Shown here: positions 19,835-31,879 of the stretch, one piece after another
How positions within the stretch are numbered: position 1 is the stretch's first letter
Layout of the letters: every line of letters starts with the position of its first letter
From: Klebsormidium nitens
Taxonomy: Eukaryota > Plantae > Klebsormidiophyceae
Direction: 5' to 3'
Length of the DNA stretch: 51,459 nucleotides
Assembly (NCBI GenBank): GCA_000708835.1
Contig: DF237562.1
Coordinates: 1-51,459 of the forward strand
The notes under the pieces: generated by a model
What the model saw: only the letters and a program-made list of their open reading frames with translations
Database searches by the model: none
Told to the model about the DNA's origin: nothing
Position numbers and translations under genes: made by a program

Positions 19835-20169
19835 CATGGATTTGGCAAAAGTTCCAACAAAGGAGTTGTTCAGAGAAGTCTACAAGCAGACAATCCAGAG
19901 CAGCCGACCCTCATCAGTAGTGTCCCTACGAACAAGTTGAGGGTCGAGGCATCCAACAGATTAGTTGTGTTTCCAGAACAGGAGTTTCAGCACTTCAGGT
20001 CATCAAGCCGAGGCTGCAGCAACCGCCAGGAGAGCCAGGAGACGCGGACTCAAGACGAAATACCTTAACATGGCAGAAATGCAATGCCATGTCAACTTTT
20101 ACTTGCTGAACATCCATCTCAAACACCATTTTTGCCACATCCTGAAGTGTTGAGAGGACCATCGCTCAC

Positions 20170-20251
20170 CTGCAAATGCAAGACCCAAATGGCATCCGCA
20201 CCAGAGCTCCCGGGGCTGCCAGGAAGAACAGGCAACACTCCCTGGCCCATC
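20170..20251 (-). ncRNA. Probable internal exon of a spliced non-coding snoRNA host transcript
   Basis: Minus-strand acceptor tttattgcag| at 20252 and donor |gtgagc at 20169. A further donor |gtgagtg lies near 20779. No recognisable protein in any frame. Confidence 0.4.
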
Positions 20252-20271
20252 CTGCAATAAATAGAAATCTC

Positions 20272-20330
20272 TCAGTTCCAAGCACAAGTGTTGGAGTTAC
20301 GAACCAGCTTCCTAATCCACTGCTCATCTT
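20272..20330 (-). ncRNA. Weak box C/D snoRNA candidate with an 11-nt complement to 25S rRNA near the A-loop
   Basis: C-like AAGATGA (20330-20324) and D CTGA (20275-20272). TCCAACACTTG (20295-20285) is complementary to plant 25S CAAGUGUUGGA, but it is not directly adjacent to a canonical D box. Confidence 0.35.
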
Positions 20331-21476
20331 TGATAAAGGCCCAAGCGGCAGTGAAAGCAGGAGGGGAAGATAGCGAAGAGTGCTTGGAAAGCAGACTCCG
20401 AAGAAAGAAGAAGTGTCACCGTTACCAAAAGAAGTGAATTTCTTTTGGTACCAGCAGGGGAAAACCCCCTGCAGCCCTTTCTTTCATCCAAGAGTACGAA
20501 GGAGCAGACGCTTAGGCTAAACATTGATGAAAACCTGCGCTTCAAATGGTACAATGCAGGAGCTGACCTGATCTAGTGTCATCGTTCACATGATTATGAG
20601 CGAAAATCTATGAACAAGAGAAGGCATCCAGGTTTGGTTACACCAACTCCCTGAACATGAGCTTGACATGACTTGGTGGCAAGTGAGCAGATGTAGGACG
20701 GGCTGACAACTTGTTCCAACCTCAAGCATATCATGGTGCATTTGCAACAGCATAAGATGAGAATGACAAATCTCACTCACCTTCAAACTGCTCTTGCAGC
20801 CAAACAGCTCATTAGCTAACCAATCGGACATGAATACCACTTGATGGTTCCGCAGGGAAGCTGAACTGTACTAATCTGACAGTGAAAGCTCAGTGTTGCA
20901 TAGCTTCAAATAGCGCCATAGCGCCAATGCAGTGGCATTGGCAATTTGGCATCGACGAAGTCCAGGCTAGGACCTATAACCGAAGTTCGAACCTCCTTCC
21001 TCAGGGAGGAAGTTCCTGCTTGAAGTTGTAAGTTGCAAGGTTGAAGGACTCAGGAGTTCGAATGGTCTTCAAATCTACGGATACCTATGATAGGGGCGAA
21101 AATACAGTAGAGGCTTTTTGAGCCGTCGATGCAAGTCCTCTTCTGATCGGACGGCCTCAGAAAGGGTGAAGCTTTGCTCTAAACTACCGTACTGAACAGA
21201 TTCATCCTCCTCCCGGCCTAGTTTCGTCTCCTCGGAATGCTTATAGGTTGCCGCGGTTTTGTCAAACCTGTAAAGCGCGTCGAAATTTCGAAGCAAACGA
21301 TGCTCCTTGACCACTTTCGTTAAGGGGCTCCCACAAGTTCAAGGTGCCGCTTTGAAGCTAACCCGGACGAGATTCTAAACCCGCATGCTTCTATCGATTC
21401 GGACCAGGGGATCGCATCCCGGCTAATACAAATTCAGGCGGTAATTCCTCAACGAACAAGGAAGGAGACGGGCAGA

Positions 21477-21484
21477 TAGGGTTT
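21477..21484 (-). promoter_or_regulatory. Telo-box (AAACCCTA) in the divergent snoRNA-host/HDA15 promoter
   Basis: tagggttt on the plus strand. A second copy is at 21869-21876. Confidence 0.5.
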
Positions 21485-21868
21485 TCTTCCTTGCCGAACA
21501 CCATTTTCGGAAGGAAGGGCTCCTGACGAGCTGTCTTTCCTGCCCAAAGAGTCCCTTTCTGTCTTGGAAGCCCCTGCCACTGCTGGCAAAGGACTTGTGC
21601 CTTGTATCAGCAACCTTTACAACCTCAACAATAGGTTGTGGTTGTTTCCTCCTGTGTGCTTTTGTTCACAGCTTGTCCGTTACCACTCAGGATAGCTGGC
21701 AGAAATTTTGAAAAAATTTCTCCCTGATCCTTCGCTGAGTTGCTCCACAGAGGAACTTGGCAGGGTGTTCTTCTGGTGCCTCTGCAGCTCTGAAAAATCT
21801 TACACGCCGTTTGGAGGCCTGTACAGACCCAGGCGATTTTGCTCACCAATTTTCGCGCACCCGAAAAG

Positions 21869-21876
21869 TAGGGTTT
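21869..21876 (-). promoter_or_regulatory. Telo-box (AAACCCTA) 67 bp upstream of the HDA15-like ATG
   Basis: tagggttt on the plus strand. Confidence 0.5.
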
Positions 21877-21942
21877 AGTTTTAAAAATCATCCGAGGCCT
21901 CTTTTACTTGGATCACTTGTGGTAAAGGTCAGCTAAGACACT

Positions 21943-24900
21943 ATGGAGGATGATTCAGCTGCAGGGCAAGCGGATCTGCTCTTCCCGGGGATGCCGAGCA
22001 GCGGGGATGACCCCTCTGACGATGACCATGATCTGACTGCTGCAAACTCAGAGGAAGAGGACTCAGAGGATGAGGGCCTGGATGAGGAGGAGGACGAGCT
22101 GTCAGCTCATAATGTCAGGAAGGCCCTCAAGAGGCCCCGCGAGGAGTCCTCAGGGGACGAGGATGAAGAGGGGCCCGGTAATGATCTGCTGGACATGCCC
22201 CCTCGGAAGAGGGGCCTGGATGACATCATGAGGGAGTTTGGGGAGGACGATGGCCTGGATGATGATGAGGATGATGACAGCGACGAGGATGACGAGGAGT
22301 GGACCCCCTGGGGCAAGCCCTCCTGGGTCTGCGTCAACTGCACTTGCTCCACCGGGGATGAGTACACCTTCTGCTCGGTAAGCGTGTGGTTAAGACTCAG
22401 CATCTCTTTGGAGGCATGTTACCTGCGGAAGCGAGTTTTCGAGGACAGGAAGACTCGCCTGAGGACACTGCCTTGCAAGAGCCTTCATGGCACCTCAGAT
22501 GGAGTTCTGCTTGCTTTCAATGCTTGCATACCAGCTCAAAGTTCCAATAACTGCTGTGACACTGCAATGTGTCAAGACAGAAAATGATCTGGGGCAATGC
22601 TGCGTGTGACAGCTGAAAAGGTGCAAGGCTAGGGTTCCTTGTGGTCCTTCTTCCAATGGGTTGTCTGCCTTTTCTTTCCAGCTGTATTAGGGTCTGTGGT
22701 GCAGTGACAACTGTTGAGTTCTGCTGTCAATCCTATCGCTGCTGAGCTGATAATCTATTCTACACGAAATTGACTGTAACACACTTTTCTCCATGCATTT
22801 GCCCCTTCACCCCTCCCAAGGAACCCCAGACACTCCCTGAGCTGCAAGGGGACAGCTCAGCATTGTCAGATATACGATCTACATTTCGAGCCTTGCAGCT
22901 GTCTTTGATCATTGCTGTGCAAGGGATCATCTGCATCAAGAACTTCCTGCTTTGGGGATCTTCACCAACCACGATCGCTGTCTGCAGTTCTGTGGAGAGC
23001 ACCGTCGGTCGGGCATCCTTCAGCGGGGCTTCATGGCCAGCCCTGACATCCCCGGGGACGCTGGGGTGGCTGAAGATGGCCCCCTGTATGCGGCAGAACC
23101 CGTGCAGCTGTCTGAGGAGGAGCTACGAGCGGCTACTGCCATTGGAACTGACGACAAGATGCTCCTGCATTTTGAGGTGAGCCCCCCCTAGCCCCCCTGG
23201 GGCTTAACAATTGTTGTGTCCGTTGCCTGGGGCTCTTCTATCCTCTTGACAGGGTCTTCTTTATAAGACAACGCTCAACTTTTGTGTAATTTTCTTTTCC
23301 CCCAACTTCATGTTTTGCAATTGGGGGCCTGGACTGCCACCTTCCTTGCCCATCGACTCATCCAAAAACCAGGCACTTCTTTAGACGTCTAACTCTGGCA
23401 TCTTGCTTTCCAGGGGAAGCCAAGCCCCCACCCGGAGAGGCCCGATCGGCTGAGGGCAATTGTCGCAGGGCTTGTTCATGCTGGTGAGTTAAGCAGTCCA
23501 GAAAGCCTTTGAAAAGCCTCCTAAAAGCCCCCATGAAAAGCCCCCCTTAAAAAGCCCCCTTGAAAAGCCCCCTTGAAAAGTCCCCCCTGGAAGTTGCCTT
23601 CTCTTCTGGGATGGATGTTTGTCTGGATTAGTGTGGACATGCTGGTCTCATTTTAGGCTTTCTGATTTATAGTTTATAAATTCAAACGTCTTTTTATGAC
23701 AGCTGTCCCCGTTCTAATCTACACATCCTGACTTTGCATCTTCGTTCCAATGGTGTGCAGGCCTGTTCCCCAACCGCTGCGTCCCCTTCCCCACAAGAGA
23801 AGCTGAACAATCGGCCATTGAGTCGGTCAGTTTCTACCCCTCTTTTCGCCCCCAACTATTTTGCCGGCAATAGGTTTCCACACTGCCAAGTAGCTTCCTG
23901 CGTGAGCATTACGTACTGATGATTGGGGCCTGGTCTTTTAAACTTGACATTGATTGCAGAGTAAGCAGGATTGTCCTGTTGTTTGACGCTTCTCAAAGTT
24001 GCCCCCACATTGTCATGCAGGTTCACACAAGTCATCATGTTGATGAAGTGGAGTTGACTGCCGGCTGTGACCTCAAGTAAGACATTTGCTCATAAGCCCG
24101 AGACGCTCCCATGCTCGTGGGAAGCTGGGGCAGCTGTTCAAGGTAGTGTAAGATAGAGCAGGTGTCTCAATCATCATTGAAGATACATACAGAGGTGGTA
24201 ACCTGCCCTACAACAGTGATTTGCAACCAGTCATTTTGCCCCGCACAACTGACCAGGATGTAGCTTGTCCTTCTGAAGGGCAAGCCTCAGAAGTTTGCTA
24301 AGCTCTGCTGGCAGCAATCAATTCTGGAGCCAATGTCTGCTGATATTCCTCAAGCCTTGACAGCTGTCCTATATTCCCGTAGGTACTCCACCTCGTACAC
24401 TTATGCCCCAAGCCTTGACAGCTGTCCTTCACTTCTGCAGGTACTTCACCTCAGACACGTACGCCAATGCCAACACCTGCCAGGCCGCCCGGCTCGCAGC
24501 AGGGATCTCGCTCGACATGGCAGCTGCTATTGCCTCCGGGAAGCTCAAGAACGGAGTAGCGGTCGTCCGCCCCCCTGGTCATCACGCAGAGTCGGAGGCC
24601 ATCATGGGCTTCTGCCTGCACAATAACGCGGCGGTCGCTGCCAAGGCCGCGCAGGCAGCCGGAGCGAAGAAGATCCTCATTGTGGACTGGGTGAGAACTC
24701 TCACTTGGATTGGCTGAAGTGTCCTGGTTGGTCGTGACCACTTCGAACATCCCATCTGCACTGAGATCCCCGCCGTAGATTGAAGGCTTTGTGTCAGCCA
24801 GATGTTCAGGAAATGATCATACTTTGTGTTGAGCGACATGTGCCCTTTCCTAAAGAGCTTTTCTCAAAACAACCTTTCCGTCTTTGCAGGACGTCCATCA

Positions 24901-27900
24901 CGGAAACGGCACCCAGGAGATCTTTGAAGGCGATCCTTCGGTGAGGAGCTTGCCCCTTATCCAAGTTGCTGAGTTCGATCCCGTTTCCGTTGTTGCTGGA
25001 TTCATTTGCTGCCCTCAAGGTTTGCAGCCGGAGTGCGCTTGCTGTGATCGGCACAACAAGAGGTCTGTACCTATCTATGAACAGCTTCGGATCGTTTTCA
25101 TTGCGCTGAAGACCGCTCCAAATCAAAGATTCATCTTCTATGCAGGTGCTGTACGTTTCTTTGCACCGTCACGAGGCGGGCCACTTCTACCCGGGCACTG
25201 GGGGTGTCTACGAAGTAGGGTCGGGCCAAGGGGCGGGCTACTCGGTTAACATACCATGGCCGTGTGGAAATATCGGGGATTCAGATTACATTGCGGCCTT
25301 CACGCGCATCATTCTACCCCTTGGTGAGCCCTTTGAGAGCTTTTTATTAAGAACACGTCAAGAAGTGTTTGCTGTGCTGGGCTGAACATGTTTGGCTTCT
25401 CGTTGCGTGAAAGGCCGTTCGTGTATGTACTTAGCCCTGTCGGTTGTATCTTGATTCGATCTTTCAAGAGTTAAGGTCTGCTGGAAGTGGGCAGTAAAAA
25501 GTTGTTCTGAACGCACCCTCAGGTCGGTCTCCCATCTGGGATCGTACTTCCGCTAATCACTAGCATCCATCTTCGATTGCAGCTTACCAGTTTGCCCCGG
25601 ACATGACCATCATCTCAGCAGGCTTTGACGCGGCTGCGGGCGATCCCCTGGGGGGATGTCAAGTGAGTCCCTTCCGTCCAAGCCCTGTCAACCTATGTCA
25701 TCTTTTCCTGAAGCGCTTTCAACTGGTCACGGGAGTCAGGCCTTTGTCTTGAGCACCTGCTTTCTCCCTTCCAATTGTTTCTTCAAATTATGGTGGTCGG
25801 GTTTCATGGTGGTCGGTATGGCTCGTCTCATTCGTTCACAACTGGCACAGATGTGACTCTCGACCTGAAGTGTCCTTTGAAGGACAAAGTGCTGATTGAT
25901 CTCTCCCCTTCCCGCAGGTGTCGCCAGCTGGCTATGCGCATATGACTTCCCTCTTGAAGCCCCTGGCCCAAGGCCGGATGCTCATCGTGCTCGAGGGGGG
26001 CTACAACCTCCGCTCCATCTCGTCATCTTTAGCGGCATGCACTCAGGTGAGCTTGACTTCTGGATGTTCTAGCAATCGCTTTCAGCCGGGCTGAGACCGA
26101 GTCGCAAGGGATTGTCGTGCAAGCAGCCCCTACTCTCTTCTAAGCTTACTTCAGCCAGGTCGTTGCCTGCATTTCTGCTATTGTTGTTGTTGTGACTCGG
26201 ATCTGGATCTGAGTCCGGGATGAGACTCCGAAGTCTCTCAAACATCTTTCTGCTACGTGAATGTCGAGTCTGCAGTGCCTTCTGTCTTGTTCGATATCAG
26301 TGCCCCTCTTGACAGCTGTCCTGCTTCTTGTTCTGTCTGGTTCGATATGGAGTTTTCACCCGCCCCCTCCTCCCCGCAGGTTCTGTTGGGCGAGGCCCCC
26401 CCCGCGCTGCCGGCCGGGCTCCAGCCTAGCGAGGCGGGGCTGGCCGTGATTGCGGAGGTGAGCGCAGTGCAGGCGCGCTACTGGACGGTGCTGGGCCACC
26501 AGGAGATCCAGGTGCACCCCATCATGTCCGGGGAGGAGGAGGACGAGCTCGACTCGCTGCAAGACGCCAAGGCGCTCCCGCGGCTCACCAGCAACGGGGA
26601 CCATGCCGGTGAGTGCCGCCCCCGAGCTCGTGTGCTGAGATTTGTTTGACGGATTTTGGCTGGTGGGTTTTGTTGACGGGTTTGGGGTGACGAGTTGCGG
26701 TTATGAACGGGAAGACAGCGGGAAGAGAGCAGTACGAAGGGGCCCAGAAAGGACTAGCTTTTGTTGCAAAGCCCGAAAGAAGCTAAGGAGCCAGTTCCTA
26801 AAAGCCAAGCCGGAGTACTTTGCCCCACTGCTATGCCGGAGTATACTCCCCTCGGCTTCGGTACGAAGTATCTCCCCAGCTTCTATATAAAAACCGCTTG
26901 TATGAACGCGGCCTTTTACAATCCCCTAACGAAAGTACGTCAGAAGCTTCACGTGGCCTGTGATACTGGCAGTCTTTTCTTTCGGCACCGCACTGCTAGC
27001 TCGCACACGCCCCAGCCCCAAGCCCGGCCACTCACCCCCCTCTCTGCTTTCCCTCCCCAGGTGACGCTGGGGAGGAGGCCCTGGGGCCGCACAAATATTG
27101 GCTACCCCCGTCTGCCCCGTCTAGCCTCCCCTCTCCTAGCTACCCCCCCGGAGCAGCATCCCCTCACAGCTTCACGCGCATCCCTTCTCCACGTCACCCA
27201 AGCTTGGAGCCCCTCCCTTCCGAGCCCGTCAGCGTCCCCACTTTCACCCAACCGGGACCCCCCCGCCCGCAACCAAACCCCCTGCCGCCAGCTCATCGCC
27301 CGCCGCAAGTCACGGGGATGCCGCCCCCCAGCTACGTGGCATCCCCTATACACCAACCGTTCTACTACCCGTCCCCCGCGCATCCCTCGAGTTACCACCA
27401 TCCCTCCCCCGCCCATCCTTCCACATATCACCACCCGTCCCCCAGCAGGGCCGCCATGCTGACGTCACCCCAGCACCCGTCGCAGCACGGGGCGGCCCCC
27501 GCGCACCACCCCTCCCCCGCTTACCAGAACCACCCGCAGTCCATTTTCCACCCCCCCACCGCGTCGCCGCAGCACCATTGTGTACCATATGTAACATCTA
27601 CGGTCCACTTGAAAGCGAGCGCCCCTACGGGGCCCCCTACTGTGGCGCCTCTCATCCCCCGCCCGTTGAACCCTCAGCAAAAGCGGCCCGAAGTTGCACG
27701 GTCCCCTTCGGTGCAGCCCTCTTCAACTTCTCAGCCCGCGGAAACGATGAAAAGATCAGCCTCGGTTACGCGTCTCTCGCAAGCCTCCCCGCCTTCAGAC
27801 ATAGCACTCCCCGGCCCTGCCCTTGCGCAGCCGCCAGCTGTCGTTTCAGCGCAGCCGTCAATTGTTCTTTCAGCCCAGCCGTCAACAGTCCCCGCAGAGC

Positions 27901-27914
27901 AGCCGGAAGCCTAA
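21943..27914 (+). CDS. HDA15: Class II RPD3/HDA1 histone deacetylase with RanBP2-type zinc finger (HDA15-like), 12 exons
   Basis: Exons 21943-22377, 22988-23176, 23414-23483, 23761-23825, 24021-24076, 24441-24690, 24890-24940, 25146-25323, 25583-25662, 25918-26046, 26380-26608, 27061-27914. Motifs: WVCVNCT...[70 protein letters not shown]. Confidence 0.92.
23501..23592. repeat. About 13-14-bp minisatellite (gaaaagcccccctt) x7 in HDA15 intron 3
   Basis: gaaagccttt gaaaagcctcct aaaagcccccat gaaaagcccccctt aaaaagcccccctt gaaaagcccccctt gaaaagtcccccct. Confidence 0.85.
24351..24466 (+). repeat. 58-bp tandem duplication spanning the HDA15 intron 5 acceptor and exon 6 start
   Basis: caagccttgacagctgtcct...ccgtag|gtactccacctcgtacacttatgcc (24351-24408) versus caagccttgacagctgtcct...ctgcag|gtacttcacctcagacacgtacgcc (24409-24466). 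Confidence 0.85.
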
Positions 27915-28789
27915 GACTGCAAGAGCGGGTTTAAGAGCGGGTTTACATACATAGATACGCAACCTTTGAATGTTCCGAATGGAGTCCTGGGTCGTATATT
28001 AGGCAGCTTTGGCAAACGAAACCTATGTAGTCAACACAGACAGGCTTGGGAACCGCCTGTCAGCAGGGCGTCTGACCCATTTATACGTAAGGGCACAGTC
28101 GATGGGTTCTCCTGTCCTGGCTATCTAGGCTGTCTTCAGCGAATGTCTACCAGGTAAGCAGATTGTTGGCTGCCTGTTCTTTCGCGGCTGCTTTTAAATT
28201 GAGTCCGAGTGCCTTTACCGTTTGTCTTCGTGATGTGTCTTGAAGGAGAAATTCACGAGTCGCTTAATCCAAGTTTCTGGACTAATCACAGTAGTCTTTG
28301 CAGAGAACGGACATGCTTGCGAAGGCCTTCGCAAATGCATTTTTGGTACTTGTTTGGCAAGGATTCACCTTCTTATGGGCTCCTCCATCTTCCAGGTCGC
28401 GCTTCCCCAGCAAGCGCACGTAAGTTGCATCGACGCATTCAAGGGCCGATCTGGTGGAAGTGGGGCCGCCGAAAGGGGATGTACAAATTGTGGCAAGCGG
28501 CCAATTTTGGTTACAAACTCAAGCGGATCACAGGGCAGTGATTAAGCAGGTTCGGTGGCTGAGTTGTGTTTGATCGGGTTGTGTCTGTATGTTAGCAACC
28601 AATTCGCTCAGCAGGTTAAACGTCTCTTGTATTGACACGGTTCCATTGCGGCGTATGCTGCCTGAATAGCACTCTCTGATTTCGAAGATTCTGTGACTAA
28701 ATTGGTAAAGCAGATATGAAAGAAATTGTGGTCAAATGCGTACCACGACTTCCAAGTCCTTCTGTCTTGTCGACATGTGTTACAACATT

Positions 28790-29490
28790 TCTGAGCTGCC
28801 GGCCGGATCAGCTACACCTGTCCGGGCGGTTGATGATGCGCAAATCACATATCGGATGCATTGCATCCGGACAGGCTCCGGCTCACCATGTGCATCCACC
28901 TGAACGGAAACGAGAGGGGATGTAGGCGGCAGCTGCGGTGGGACTTCAAGTTGACGCGACACATTTGGCGGCATGTGCACAGCCTAGGCGCAGGCATGTC
29001 CATGCGTGCCAGATTGACAGATCCCACCATACCGTCGTATACATATATCATGTTGCATGGTCACTGCTGCATGGCATGAATTGCAATTCGCGAATCGTAT
29101 TTGTGCCGGCCGATCCCTCGCACATGATATCATGCAACCATGGCCGGCCCCTGGTGCAACTTCAAGTTCCCTATTTGTTTGATCCACTAGATATGATTGA
29201 TTAATTGCATGTACTATACGGGCCGGGCCTAGCTCATGGTCGCACAGTGACCACGTACAAAATAATGAGGCGGCTGCGCATGGCGGAACACTAGCATGCA
29301 GGCTCGCGGCACATGTCGCGCCCATCTAGTCGCGGACAGCTCCCCATATGGCACCCGGCTGCATGCAGAGTCGGTAAAATCTATATATAAGAATCCGATC
29401 GACCATGGCAACAATTTCGGACCATATGGCGGCCACATGGGCTCCGATCGAGTCTAGGCCTAGGCTTCTCAAGCGCGGCCTATCATGGAA
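28790..29490. other. Palindrome-rich intergenic island 2 (between the convergent HDA15 and TRM112 3' ends)
   Basis: cggatgca-t-tgcatccg (28853-28869), gaattgcaattc (29078-29089), gctgccggccgg (shared with about 49515) and ccgggcctagctca (shared with about 16155). Confidence 0.5.
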
Positions 29491-29900
29491 GCTCGAACCG
29501 ATTTGTTGCCAGACGAATCGGTCAAGAGTAAGAATGATGATGGCAGTGGTCGTTCACTGCGTTCAAGTTGGCTTGGGGCGGACGTCAAGCAAACTCGATC
29601 AAAGATGCATGTGACATCCAGAGGATCTTGATTCCACTCCTATTGCGGTGCCTCACCCCAATCGTCAAGAGACCAACGTAAGCAATTGACAACCTAGACT
29701 TGCCAAACGAGGAGGCTTCGCACAAGATGTGCTCACGTACAATTACGGCCCGGCTTAAGCTTCTTAATTCATTTCCCGGCCTAGCAATGCCCAATCCTCC
29801 CAAAGGTGAGAAGCATACCAGCGGACGTCACTTCTGCCTTCTCCTATGAGAAGCTTCTGCCTTCAATGCACTTTTTGGACTATACATGTACCCGTAACAT

Positions 29901-31260
29901 TCAAACTTCATCTTCGTTTAGTAACATATTGGGGATTCCTTTACTCACAGGGAATCGTCTGCCCGTTTCAGGGCAAACGAGCGCCCCCTCTTCAAGATGA
30001 ATCTGCAAGCAAAATATGCGGAATGAGTGTCCATGCGAACCTGCGGTGGCTCAACTTTGCTGGGCTGGGCTGGGTATGATGTGAGCCGAGGATCCATATG
30101 CAGAGGTTAGCAGCTAAGAGGAACTCTCTGAACAAGTGCTTGGGATACAGAGCCACGGGGATGTTTGTCCACCGAAAACAAGTTGCTGTAGGCAGACACG
30201 AAAGGGTGCTTCTTATTCTTCTGCGATACCAATGAAACAACTTTGCTTACCTCAAGCAGTACATGGTGAAATCTTCGAAGAAAGTCCTCGTCTTCTAGTT
30301 GTGATGGCTCCACCTGTTCCGGCAGTTCTTCGAGCCCTAACTGCAGAAGCCAGAAGCCTGTTTGATGCAGTGCAGTGAAACCAAGACGAAAGTAGGGAGA
30401 GCTGTGCAATCGATCTAACATTCTGTGTCATCTCGTAACAACGGTGTCGTAGGATTCGCTCAGATCTGCCGGAAGTCTGCGGATGAGCGACACGATATCT
30501 CAAGGCGTTCAGGAGCCAACAGCAGAGGAGGAAGTGACGAAAGCCCATACAAGATGCCGAGTACCTCAGGAGGTGCACAGACTGTCCCTGTCTTAACCAT
30601 GTTAACCATGTTTCCATGCACTCGCGAACAATGACTTGCTACAGTAAGGCCAACAACACGTCACATCTGGCTTCTCAGTGTCTTTTTCAACGACACTTCA
30701 ACCCAATGCAACTCCAAGTCGTCATCAGGTTTGCCGGTGGGCAGAGTACATGGCTGTGACCTGCCAGTCTCGCTAGAATCTTTTTCGTTGTTCGCAAACA
30801 TACTCATTGTGCGAGTAGGTAGCCATGTCGTGGACAAACCACTGAAAGACGTCACTTCTTGCCAAACAAATTCTCCCATTCGACACTTTTTTTGTGCGTT
30901 TTTATACAATCTTCATGAAAGGACTGGTGGCAGAAATGAAACATGATGCAAATGCAAGCTGAATCTCGTAAGCAGGCTACTGTACTTTTACACCACTCAG
31001 TATCACAAGATGAAAACTGACCAGAGAACTGAAAGAAGTTTGATAAAATGGTGGTGTTAGTGGTGGCAAAAAGCTAGACTTACGCTGGCAGCTGCTTCTC
31101 GCAATGCTTTCCAGTCCAGCTTTGGGTAAATGTGCCTCAAAAACCCAGCATTGAAGTCCGTCTCCTTTTCTTCAGTCTTTGTGGCTTCAATTTTTAGTGG
31201 ATAGCCCTTGGTCACCCCCTTGATGTTACACGCCAGCATGTTGTGAGTTAGAAGCCTCAT
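29901..31260 (-). CDS. TRM112: TRM112 multifunctional methyltransferase activator subunit, 3 exons, 122 aa
   Basis: Exons 31084-31260, 30251-30340 and 29901-30002. Protein reads [16 protein letters not shown]...[11 protein letters not shown]|[33 protein letters not shown]. Confidence 0.95.
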
Positions 31261-31879
31261 GGTGAAGAGGGCTTAGAGTGTCTCCTTTATAATGCTTGTC
31301 ATGAGTTCTTTTTTCTCTGATCAAAAATTCCGAGAGAGCTTTTAGCAGCGCGCCTTTCAGAATGTTGATTGTGCACCAGGAAAGGACGTTGAACGCTCCC
31401 TCAACTCAAGCTTGCATACAAGCAACGAAAATGGCACGGGGCTTAATGCTTGTTCTGGGAAAATGGAAGCTGCCAAGCTCAGGGCTGTTCTTGTGATTGA
31501 TCATGGGCGGAAGAGCAACAATTCTGACAAAGCTGATCCTGAGGCTGCATCCATGCAGGCGAATTTCTCAGCTTGATTCCCCAGCATCGGCGACCACCAA
31601 GCTGGCGCTAGGTACCACTGTACTAATACCTCACATGATTGTGTGGTCGCCTTCTTCGTAGTAAATTTCGAAGCGACCTGCGGTGCCAGTACGCCTGCCT
31701 TGCAAACGCCGGCAAATCTGTTTGCTTCTTCCCTTCCCACGCTCTAGTCTCGCGAGCCTTCACTTTTGCGACCAAGTGCTTTCTGGCTCAGCTAGGGCGG
31801 CCAAACGTGATCCTGAGGTAGCTGGAGACGTGAAGCAGCTCTTGGAGAAAGGGTTTGATTGGTCTGCTCCCGTGCCAAA

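Noticed and set aside
21075-21314. 79-aa minus-strand ORF at the head of the snoRNA host region
   Set aside because: GTG start, no recognisable motif and no supporting exon chain.
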